Below are positions 40,762 to 53,018 of a stretch of 64,000 bases of DNA, piece by piece (position 1 is the first letter of the stretch; every line of letters begins with the position of its first letter). Source of the DNA: Auanema rhodensis (taxonomy: Eukaryota > Animalia > Nematoda); assembly GCA_964057225.1 (NCBI GenBank), contig OZ059900.1:14756001-14820000 (forward strand), read 5' to 3'. The notes below the pieces were generated by a model. It searched no databases, was not told where the DNA came from, and saw only the letters and a list, made by a program, of their open reading frames with translations. The position numbers and the translations under genes were made by a program.

Positions 40762-40833
40762 CTCCCCGGCCGGGAATTGAACCCGGGTCTCGCATGTGAC
40801 AGACGCGGATACTCACGACTATACTACCGAGGA
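40762..40833 (-). pseudogene. tRNA-Asp(GTC) with G18C A-box/D-loop mutation
   Basis: Plus strand cacgact instead of caccact alters the invariant GG of the D loop. Confidence 0.6.
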
Positions 40834-41200
40834 TTGAATTTGCACTTAGAAACTTTCATTAAGAGTGTGAGTTTGAATTAAAGTAGAAAAATGAAACACT
40901 GTCTCTAACATATCTTGATTTATGGCCTACTTTACTCAAAGAGCTAATTGAAGTTTGGTGTTACAATTAACGATTGATTAACGCTGACGTTTCAATTTTT
41001 TTCATCGTAATTAAGATAGAACACTTAAATAAAATAGAAATGTTTGAAAATTTAAAAAAAAATCACAAGCTCAAATCACTTTTGAAAAAGCAGAAAGTTT
41101 AAAACAATCTTTTTTCTAATAATTATCGTTTTTATCCGACTTTTTGAAGAAAACAAAAATAGCATAACATTCAATAACGATGAATCAGAACAAAAACATT

Positions 41201-41272
41201 CTCCCCGGCCGGGAATTGAACCCGGGTCTCGCATGTGACAGACGCGGATACTCACCACTATACTACCGAGGA
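41201..41272 (-). tRNA. tRNA-Asp(GTC), canonical allele in the homogeneous core of the array
   Basis: Identical to the canonical 72-mer; neighbouring copies to ~45.2 kb also read as canonical. Confidence 0.95.
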
Positions 41273-44200
41273 TTGAATTTGCACTTAGAAACTTTCATTA
41301 AGAGTGTGAGTTTGAATTAAAGTAGAAAAATGAAACACTGTCTCTAACATATCTTGATTTATGGCCTACTTTACTCAAAGAGCTAATTGAAGTTTGGTGT
41401 TACAATTAACGATTGATTAACGCTGACGTTTCAATTTTTTTCATCGTAATTAAGATAGAACACTTAAATAAAATAGAAATGTTTGAAAATTTAAAAAAAA
41501 ATCACAAGCTCAAACCACTTTTGAAAAAGCAGAAAGTTTAAAACAATCTTTTTTCTAATAATTATCGTCTTTATCCGACTTTTTGAAGAAAACAAAAATA
41601 GCATAACATTCAATAACGATGAATCCGAACAAAAACATTCTCCCCGGCCGGGAATTGAACCCGGGTCTCGCATGTGACAGACGCGGATACTCACCACTAT
41701 ACTACCGAGGATTGAATTTGCACTTAGAAACTTTCATTAAGAGTGTGAGTTTGAATTAAAGTAGAAAAATGAAACACTGTCTCTAACATATCTTGATTTA
41801 TGGCCTACTTTACTCAAAGAGCTAATTGAAGTTTGGTGTTACAATTAACGATTGATTAACGCTGACGTATCAATTTTTTTCATCGTAATTAAGATAGAAC
41901 ACTTAAATTAAATAGAAATGTTTGAAAATTTAAAAAAAAATCACAAGCTCAAATCACTTTTGAAAAAGCAGAAAGTTTAAAACAATCTTTTTTCTAATAA
42001 TTATCGTTTTTATCCGACTTTTTGAAGAAAACAAAAATAGCATAACATTCAATAACGATGAATCAGAACAAAAACATTCTCCCCGGCCGGGAATTGAACC
42101 CGGGTCTCGCATGTGACAGACGCGGATACTCACCACTATACTACCGAGGATTGAATTTGCACTTAGAAACTTTCATTAAGAGTGTGAGTTTGAATTAAAG
42201 TAGAAAAATGAAACACTGTCTCTAACATATCTTGATTTATGGCCTACTTTACTCAAAGAGCTAATTGAAGTTTGGTGTTACAATTAACGATTGATTAACG
42301 CTGACGTTTCAATTTTTTTCATCGTAATTAAGATAGAACACTTAAATAAAATAGAAATGTTTGAAAATTTAAAAAAAAATCACAAGCTCAAACCACTTTT
42401 GAAAAAGCAGAAAGTTTAAAACAATCTTTTTTCTAATAATTATCGTCTTTATCCGACTTTTTGAAGAAAACAAAAATAGCATAACATTCAATAACGATGA
42501 ATCCGAACAAAAACATTCTCCCCGGCCGGGAATTGAACCCGGGTCTCGCATGTGACAGACGCGGATACTCACCACTATACTACCGAGGATTGAATTTGCA
42601 CTTAGAAACTTTCATTAAGAGTGTGAGTTTGAATTAAAGTAGAAAAATGAAACACTGTCTCTAACATATCTTGATTTATGGCCTACTTTACTCAAAGAGC
42701 TAATTGAAGTTTGGTATTACAATTAACGATTGATAAACGCTGACGTATCAATTTTTTTCATCGTAATTAAGATAGAACACTTAAATTAAATAGAAATGTT
42801 TGAAAATTTAAAAAAAAATCACAAGCTCAAATCACTTTTGAAAAAGCAGAAAGTTTAAAACAATCTTTTTTCTAATAATTATCGTTTTTATCCGACTTTT
42901 TGAAGAAAACAAAAATAGCATAACATTCAATAACGATGAATCAGAACAAAAACATTCTCCCCGGCCGGGAATTGAACCCGGGTCTCGCATGTGACAGACG
43001 CGGATACTCACCACTATACTACCGAGGATTGAATTTGCACTTAGAAACTTTCATTAAGAGTGTGAGTTTGAATTAAAGTAGAAAAATGAAACACTGTCTC
43101 TAACATATCTTGATTCATGGCCTACTTTACTCAAAGAGCTAATTGAAGTTTGGTGTTACAATTAACGATTGATTAACGCTGACGTTTCAATTTTTTTCAT
43201 CGTAATTAAGATAGAACACTTAAATAAAATAGAAATGTTTGAAAATTTAAAAAAAAATCACAAGCTCAAACCACTTTTGAAAAAGCAGAAAGTTTAAAAC
43301 AATCTTTTTTCTAATAATTATCGTCTTTATCCGACTTTTTGAAGAAAACAAAAATAGCATAACATTCAATAACGATGAATCCGAACAAAAACATTCTCCC
43401 CGGCCGGGAATTGAACCCGGGTCTCGCATGTGACAGACGCGGATACTCACCACTATACTACCGAGGATTGAATTTGCACTTAGAAACTTTCATTAAGAGT
43501 GTGAGTTTGAATTAAAGTAGAAAAATGAAACACTGTCTCTAACATATCTTGATTTATGGCCTACTTTACTCAAAGAGCTAATTGAAGTTTGGTGTTACAA
43601 TTAACGATTGATTAACGCTGACGTTTCAATTTTTTTCATCGTAATTAAGATAGAACACTTAAATAAAATAGAAATGTTTGAAAATTTAAAAAAAAATCAC
43701 AAGCTCAAATCACTTTTGAAAAAGCAGAAAGTTTAAAACAATCTTTTTTCTAATAATTATCGTTTTTATCCGACTTTTTGAAGAAAACAAAAATAGCATA
43801 ACATTCAATAACGATGAATCAGAACAAAAACATTCTCCCCGGCCGGGAATTGAACCCGGGTCTCGCATGTGACAGACGCGGATACTCACCACTATACTAC
43901 CGAGGATTGAATTTGCACTTAGAAACTTTCATTAAGAGTGTGAGTTTGAATTAAAGTAGAAAAATGAAACACTGTCTCTAACATATCTTGATTTATGGCC
44001 TACTTTACTCAAAGAGCTAATTGAAGTTTGGTGTTACAATTAACGATTGATTAACGCTGACGTTTCAATTTTTTTCATCGTAATTAAGATAGAACACTTA
44101 AATAAAATAGAAATGTTTGAAAATTTAAAAAAAAATCACAAGCTCAAACCACTTTTGAAAAAGCAGAAAGTTTAAAACAATCTTTTTTCTAATAATTATC

Positions 44201-45590
44201 GTCTTTATCCGACTTTTTGAAGAAAACAAAAATAGCATAACATTCAATAACGATGAATCCGAACAAAAACATTCTCCCCGGCCGGGAATTGAACCCGGGT
44301 CTCGCATGTGACAGACGCGGATACTCACCACTATACTACCGAGGATTGAATTTGCACTTAGAAACTTTCATTAAGAGTGTGAGTTTGAATTAAAGTAGAA
44401 AAATGAAACACTGTCTCTAACATATCTTGATTTATGGCCTACTTTACTCAAAGAGCTAATTGAAGTTTGGTGTTACAATTAACGATTGATTAACGCTGAC
44501 GTATCAATTTTTTTCATCGTAATTAAGATAGAACACTTAAATTAAATAGAAATGTTTGAAAATTTAAAAAAAAATCACAAGCTCAAATCACTTTTGAAAA
44601 AGCAGAAAGTTTAAAACAATCTTTTTTCTAATAATTATCGTTTTTATCCGACTTTTTGAAGAAAACAAAAATAGCATAACATTCAATAACGATGAATCAG
44701 AACAAAAACATTCTCCCCGGCCGGGAATTGAACCCGGGTCTCGCATGTGACAGACGCGGATACTCACCACTATACTACCGAGGATTGAATTTGCACTTAG
44801 AAACTTTCATTAAGAGTGTGAGTTTGAATTAAAGTAGAAAAATGAAACACTGTCTCTAACATATCTTGATTTATGGCCTACTTTACTCAAAGAGCTAATT
44901 GAAGTTTGGTGTTACAATTAACGATTGATTAACGCTGACGTTTCAATTTTTTTCATCGTAATTAAGATAGAACACTTAAATAAAATAGAAATGTTTGAAA
45001 ATTTAAAAAAAAATCACAAGCTCAAACCACTTTTGAAAAAGCAGAAAGTTTAAAACAATCTTTTTTCTAATAATTATCGTCTTTATCCGACTTTTTGAAG
45101 AAAACAAAAATAGCATAACATTCAATAACGATGAATCCGAACAAAAACATTCTCCCCGGCCGGGAATTGAACCCGGGTCTCGCATGTGACAGACGCGGAT
45201 ACTCACCACTATACTACCGAGGATTGAATTTGCACTTAGAAACTTTCATTAAGAGTGTGAGTTTGAATTAAAGTAGAAAAATGAAACACTGTCTCTAACA
45301 TATCTTGATTTATGGCCTAATTTACTCAAAGAGCTAATTGAAGTTTGGTGTTACAATTAACGATTGATTAACGCTGACGTTTCAATTTTTTTCATCGTAA
45401 TTAAGATAGAACACTTAAATAAAATAGAAATGTTTGAAAATTTGAAAAAAAATCACAAGCTCAAACCACTTTTGAAAAAGCAGAAAGTTTAAAACAACCC
45501 TTTTTCTAATAATTATCTTTTTCATCCGACTTTTGGAAAAAAACAAAAATAGCATAACATTCAATAACGATGAATCAGAACAAAAACATT

Positions 45591-45662
45591 CTCCCCGGCC
45601 GGGAATTTAACCCGGGTCTCGCATGTGACAGACGCGGATACTCACCACTATACTACCGAGGA
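45591..45662 (-). pseudogene. tRNA-Asp with C56A B-box mutation (first of six)
   Basis: Plus strand gggaatttaaccc = minus GGGTTAAATTCCC; invariant C56 lost. Confidence 0.75.
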
Positions 45663-48600
45663 TTGAATTTGCACTTAGAAACTTTCATTAAGAGTGTGAG
45701 TTTGAATTATAGTAGAAAAATGAAACACTGTCTCTAACATATCTTGATTTATGGCCTACTTTACTCAAAGAGCTAATTGAAGTTTGGTGTTACAATTAAC
45801 GATTGATTAACGCTGACGTTTTAATTTTTTTCATCGTAATTAAGATAGAACACTTAAATAAAATAGAGATGTTTGAAAATTTAAAAAAAAATCACAAGCT
45901 CAAACCACTTTTGAAAAAGCAGAAAGTTTAAAACAATCTTTTTTCTAATAATTATCGTCTTTATCCGACTTTTTGAAGAAAACAAAAATAGCATAACATT
46001 CAATAACGATGAATCCGAACAAAAACATTCTCCCCGGCCGGGAATTGAACCCGGGTCTCGCATGTGACAGACGCGGATACTCACCACTATACTACCGAGG
46101 ATTGAATTTGCACTTAGAAACTTTCATTAAGAGTGTGAGTTTGAATTAAAGTAGAAAAATGAAACACTGTCTCTAACATATCTTGATTTATGGCCTACTT
46201 TACTCAAAGAGCTAATTGAAGTTTGGTGTTACAATTAACGATTGATTAACGCTGACGTTTCAATTTTTTTCATCGTAATTAAGATAGAACACTTAAATAA
46301 AATAGAAATGTTTGAAAATTTGAAAAAAAATCACAAGCTCAAACCACTTTTGAAAAAGCAGAAAGTTTAAAACAACCCTTTTTCTAATAATTATCTTTTT
46401 CATCCGACTTTTGGAAAAAAACAAAAATAGCATAACATTCAATAACGATGAATCAGAACAAAAACATTCTCCCCGGCCGGGAATTGAACCCGGGTCTCGC
46501 ATGTGACAGACGCGGATACTCACCACTAAACTACCGAGGATTGAATTTGCACTTAGAAACTTTCATTAAGAGTGTGAGTTTGAATTAAAGTAGAAAAATG
46601 AAACACTGTCTCTAACATATCTTGATTTATGGCCTACTTTACTCAAAGAGCTAATTGAAGTTTGGTGTTAGAATGAACAATTGATTAACGCTGACGTTTT
46701 AATTTTTTTCATCGTAATTGAGATAGAACATTTAAAATAAATGGAAATGTTTAACAATTTAGAAAAAAAACACAAGCTCAAATCACTTTTGAAAAAACAG
46801 AAAGTTTAAAACAGCCCTTTTTCTAATAATTATCTTTTTCATCCGACTTTTGGAAAAAAACAAAAATAGCATAACATTCAATAACGATGAATCCGAACAA
46901 AAACATTCTCCCCGGCCGGGAATTGAACCCGGGTCTCGCATGTGACAGACGCGGATACTCACCACTATACTACCGAGGATTGAATTTGCACTTAGAAACT
47001 TTCATTAAGAGTGTGAGTTTGAATTAAAGTAGAAAAATGAAACACTGTCTCTAACATATCTTGATTTATGGCCTACTTTACTCAAAGAGCTAATTGAAGT
47101 TTGGTGTTAGAATGAACAATTGATTAACGCTGACGTTTCAATTTTTTTCATCGTAATTGAGATAGAACATTTAAAATAAATGGAAATGTTTAACAATTTA
47201 GAAAAAAAACACAAGCTCAAATCACTTTTGAAAAAACAGAAAGTTTAAAACAACCCTTTTTCTAATAATTATCTTTTTCATCCGACTTTTGGAAAAAAAC
47301 AAAAATAGCATAACATTAAATAACGATGAATCAGAACAAAAACATTCTCCCCGTCCGGGAATTGAACCCGGGTCTCGCATGTGACAGACGCAGATACTCA
47401 CCACTATCCTACCGAGAATTGAATTTGCACTTAGAAACTTTCATTAAGAGTGTGAGTTTGAAATATAGTAGAAAAATGAAACACTGTCTCTTACATATAT
47501 TGATTTATGGCCTACTTTACTCAAAGAGCTAATTGAAGTTTGGTGTTAAAATGAACAAATGATTAACGCTGACGTTCCATTTTTTTTCATCGCAATTGAG
47601 ATAGAGTACTTAAATTAAATGGAAATGTTTAAAATTTAGAAAATATCACAAGCTCAAATTACTTTTGAAAAAACAGAAAGTTTAAAACAACCTTTTTTCT
47701 AATGATTATCTTTTTTATCCGACTTTCGGAAGAAAACAAAAATAGCATAACATTCAATAACGATGAATCAGAACAAAAACATTCTCCCCGGCCGGGAATT
47801 TAACCCGGGTCTCGCATGTGACAGACGCGGATACTCACCACTATACTACCGAGGATTGAATTTGCACTTAGAAACTTTCATTAAGAGTGTGAGTTTGAAT
47901 TATAGTAGAAAAATGAAACACTGTTTCTAACATATCTTGATTTATGGCCTACTTTACTCAAAGAGCTAATTGAAGTTTGGTGTTAGAATGAACAATTGAT
48001 TAACGCTGACGTTTTAATTTTTTTCATCGTAATTGAGATAGAACATTTAAAATAAATGGAAATGTTTAACAATTTAGAAAAAAAACACAAGCTCAAATCA
48101 CTTTTGAAAAAACAGAAAGTTTAAAACAGCCCTTTTTCTAATAATTATCTTTTTCATCCGACTTTTGGAAAAAAACAAAAATAGCATAACATTAAATAAC
48201 GATGAATCAGAACAAAAAAAATTCTCCCCGTCCGGGAATTGAACCCGGGTCTCGCATGTGACAGACGCGGATTCTCACCACTATACTACCGAGGATTGAA
48301 TTCGCACTTAGAAACTTTCATTAAGAGTGTGAGTTTGAATTATAGTAGAAAAATGAAACACTGTCTCTAACATATCTTGATTTATGGCCTACTTTACTCA
48401 AAGAGCTAATTGGATTTGGTGTTAGAATGAACAATTGATTAACGCTGACGTTTCAATTTTTTTCATCGTAATTAAGATAGAACACTTAAATAAAATAGAA
48501 ATGTTTGAAAATTTAAAAAAAAATCACAAGCTCAAACCACTTTTGAAAAAGCAGAAAGTTTAAAACAATCTTTTTTCTAATAATTATCGTCTTTATCCGA

Positions 48601-49978
48601 CTTTTTGAAGAAAACAAAAATAGCATAACATTCAATAACGATGAATCCGAACAAAAACATTCTCCCCGGCCGGGAATTGAACCCGGGTCTCGCATGTGAC
48701 AGACGCGGATACTCACCACTATACTACCGAGGATTGAATTTGCACTTAGAAACTTTCATTAAGAGTGTGAGTTTGAATTAAAGTAGAAAAATGAAACACT
48801 GTCTCTAACATATCTTGATTTATGGCCTACTTTACTCAAAGAGCTAATTGAAGTTTGGTGTTACAATTAACGATTGATTAACGCTGACGTTTCAATTTTT
48901 TTCATCGTAATTAAGATAGAACACTTAAATAAAATAGAAATGTTTGAAAATTTGAAAAAAAATCACAAGCTCAAACCACTTTTGAAAAAGCAGAAAGTTT
49001 AAAACAACCCTTTTTCTAATAATTATCTTTTTCATCCGACTTTTGGAAAAAAACAAAAATAGCATAACATTCAATAACGATGAATCAGAACAAAAACATT
49101 CTCCCCGGCCGGGAATTTAACCCGGGTCTCGCATGTGACAGACGCGGATACTCACCACTATACTACCGAGGATTGAATTTGCACTTAGAAACTTTCATTA
49201 AGAGTGTGAGTTTGAATTAAAGTAGAAAAATGAAACACTGTCTCTAACATATCTTGATTTATGGCCTACTTTACTCAAAGAGCTAATTGAAGTTTGGTGT
49301 TACAATTAACGATTGATTAACGCTGACGTTTCAATTTTTTTCATCGTAATTAAGATAGAACACTTAAATAAAATAGAAATGTTTGAAAATTTGAAAAAAA
49401 ATCACAAGCTCAAACCACTTTTGAAAAAGCAGAAAGTTTAAAACAACCCTTTTTCTAATAATTATCTTTTTCATCCGACTTTTGGAAAAAAACAAAAATA
49501 GCATAACATTCAATAACGATGAATCAGAACAAAAACATTCTCCCCGGCCGGGAATTTAACCCGGGTCTCGCATGTGACAGACGCGGATACTCACCACTAT
49601 ACTACCGAGGATTGAATTTGCACTTAGAAACTTTCATTAAAAGTGTGAGTTTGAATTAAAGTAGAAAAATGAAACACTGTCTCTAACATATCTTGATTTA
49701 TGGCCTACTTTACTCAAAAAGCTAATTGAAGTTTGGTGTTAGAATGAAGAATTGATTAACGCTGACGTTTCAATTTTTTTCATCGTAATTGAGATAGAAC
49801 ATTTAAAATAAATGGAAATGTTTAACAATTTAGAAAAAAATCACAAGCTCAAACCACTTTTGGAAAAGCAGAAAGTTTAAAACAACCCTTTTTCTAATAA
49901 TTATCTTTTTCATCCGACTTTTGGAAAAAAACAAAAATAGCATAACATTAAATAACGATGAATCAGAACAAAGACATT

Positions 49979-50050
49979 CTCCCCGTCCGGGAATTGAACC
50001 CGGGTCTCGCATGTGACAGACGCAGATACTCACCACTATCCTACCGAGGA
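49979..50050 (-). pseudogene. tRNA-Asp T11G/C27T/C66A allele with disrupted proximal terminator
   Basis: Plus strand ctatcctacc, cgcagatact and ccccgtcc; flank acaaagacatt breaks the T5 run. Confidence 0.7.
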
Positions 50051-52946
50051 TTGAATTTGCACTTAGAAACTTTCATTAAGAGTGTGAGTTTGAAATATAG
50101 TAGAAAAATGAAACACTGTCTCTAACATATATTGATTTTTGGCCTACTTTACTCAAAGAGCTAATTGAAGTTTGGTGTTACAATTAACGATTGATTAACG
50201 CTGATGTTTCAATTTTTTTCATCGTAATTGAGATAGAACATTCAAATTAAATGGAAATGTTTAAAATTTAGTAAATATCACAAGCTCAAATTACTTTTGA
50301 AAAAACAGAAAGTTTAAAACAACCTTTTTTCTAATGATTATCTTTTTTATCCGACTTTCGGAAAAAAACAAAAATAGCATAACATTCAATAACGATGAAT
50401 CAGAACAAAAACATTCTCCCCGGCCGGGAATTGAACCCGGGTCTCGCATGTGACAGACGCAGATACTCACCACTATCCTACCGAGGATTGAATTTGCACT
50501 TAGAAACTTTCATTAAGAGTGTGAGTTTGAAATATAGTAGAAAAATGAAACACTGTCTCTAACATATATTGATTTTTGGCCTACTTTACTCAAAGAGCTA
50601 ATTGAAGTTTGGTGTTACAATTAACGATTGATTAACGCTGATGTTTCAATTTTTTTCATCGTAATTGAGATAGAACATTCAAATTAAATGGAAATGTTTA
50701 AAATTTAGTAAATATCACAAGCTCAAATTACTTTTGAAAAAACAGAAAGTTTAAAACAACCCTTTTTCTAATAATTATCTTTTTCATCCGACTTTTGGAA
50801 AAAAACAAAAATAGCATAACATTCAATAACGATGAATCAGAACAAAAACATTCTCCCCGGCCGGGAATTTAACCCGGGTCTCGCATGTGACAGACGCGGA
50901 TACTCACCACTATACTACCGAGGATTGAATTTGCACTTAGAAACTTTCATTAAAAGTGTGAGTTTGAATTAAAGTAGAAAAATGAAACACTGTCTCTAAC
51001 ATATCTTGATTTATGGCCTACTTTACTCAAAAAGCTAATTGAAGTTTGGTGTTAGAATGAACAATTGATTAACGCTGACGTTTCAATTTTTTTCATCGTA
51101 ATTAAGATAGAACACTTAAATTAAATAGAAATGTTTGAAAATTTAAAAAAAAATCACAAGCTCAAACCACTTTTGAAAAAGCAGAAAGTTTAAAACAATC
51201 TTTTTTCTAATAATTATCGTCTTTATCCGACTTTTTGAAGAAAACAAAAATAGCATAACATTAAATAACGATGAATCAGAACAAAGACATTCTCCCCGTC
51301 CGGGAATTGAACCCGGGTCTCGCATGTGACAGACGCAGATACTCACCACTATCCTACCGAGGATTGAATTTGCACTTAGAAACTTTCATTAAGAGTGTGA
51401 GTTTGAAATATAGTAGAAAAATGAAACACTGTCTCTAACATATATTGATTTTTGGCCTACTTTACTCAAAGAGCTAATTGAAGTTTGGTGTTACAATTAA
51501 CGATTGATTAACGCTGATGTTTCAATTTTTTTCATCGTAATTGAGATAGAACATTCAAATTAAATGGAAATGTTTAAAATTTAGTAAATATCACAAGCTC
51601 AAATTACTTTTGAAAAAACAGAAAGTTTAAAACAACCTTTTTTCTAATGATTATCTTTTTTATCCGACTTTCGGAAAAAAACAAAAATAGCATAACATTC
51701 AATAACGATGAATCAGAACAAAAACATTCTCCCCGGCCGGGAATTGAACCCGGGTCTCGCATGTGACAGACGCAGATACTCACCACTATCCTACCGAGGA
51801 TTGAATTTGCACTTAGAAACTTTCATTAAGAGTGTGAGTTTGAAATATAGTAGAAAAATGAAACACTGTCTCTAACATATATTGATTTTTGGCCTACTTT
51901 ACTCAAAGAGCTAATTGAAGTTTGGTGTTACAATTAACGATTGATTAACGCTGATGTTTCAATTTTTTTCATCGTAATTGAGATAGAACATTCAAATTAA
52001 ATGGAAATGTTTAAAATTTAGTAAATATCACAAGCTCAAATTACTTTTGAAAAAACAGAAAGTTTAAAACAACCCTTTTTCTAATAATTATCTTTTTCAT
52101 CCGACTTTTGGAAAAAAACAAAAATAGCATAACATTCAATAACGATGAATCAGAACAAAAACATTCTCCCCGGCCGGGAATTTAACCCGGGTCTCGCATG
52201 TGACAGACGCGGATACTCACCACTATACTACCGAGGATTGAATTTGCACTTAGAAACTTTCATTAAAAGTGTGAGTTTGAATTAAAGTAGAAAAATGAAA
52301 CACTGTCTCTAACATATCTTGATTTATGGCCTACTTTACTCAAAAAGCTAATTGAAGTTTGGTGTTAGAATGAACAATTGATTAACGCTGACGTTTCAAT
52401 TTTTTTCATCGTAATTAAGATAGAACACTTAAATTAAATAGAAATGTTTGAAAATTTAAAAAAAAATCACAAGCTCAAACCACTTTTGAAAAAGCAGAAA
52501 GTTTAAAACAATCTTTTTTCTAATAATTATCGTCTTTATCCGACTTTTTGAAGAAAACAAAAATAGCATAACATTAAATAACGATGAATCAGAACAAAGA
52601 CATTCTCCCCGTCCGGGAATTGAACCCGGGTCTCGCATGTGACAGACGCAGATACTCACCACTATCCTACCGAGGATTGAATTTGCACTTAGAAACTTTC
52701 ATTAAGAGTGTGAGTTTGAAATATAGTAGAAAAATGAAACACTGTCTCTAACATATATTGATTTTTGGCCTACTTTACTCAAAGAGCTAATTGAAGTTTA
52801 GAAAAAAAACACAAGCTCAAATCACTTTTGAAAAAACAGAAAGTTTAAAACAACCCTTTTTCTAATAATTATCTTTTTCATCCGACTTTTGGAAAAAAAC
52901 AAAAATAGCATAACATTAAATAACGATGAATCAGAACAAAAACATT

Positions 52947-53018
52947 CTCCCCGTCCGGGAATTGAACCCGGGTCTCGCATGTGATAGACGCGGATTCTCA
53001 CCACTATACTACCGTGGA
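52947..53018 (-). pseudogene. tRNA-Asp-derived copy with ATC anticodon on the T4A/T23A/C66A background
   Basis: Plus strand gtgatagacg (T at 52985) gives minus-strand loop CTATCAC. Confidence 0.75.
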
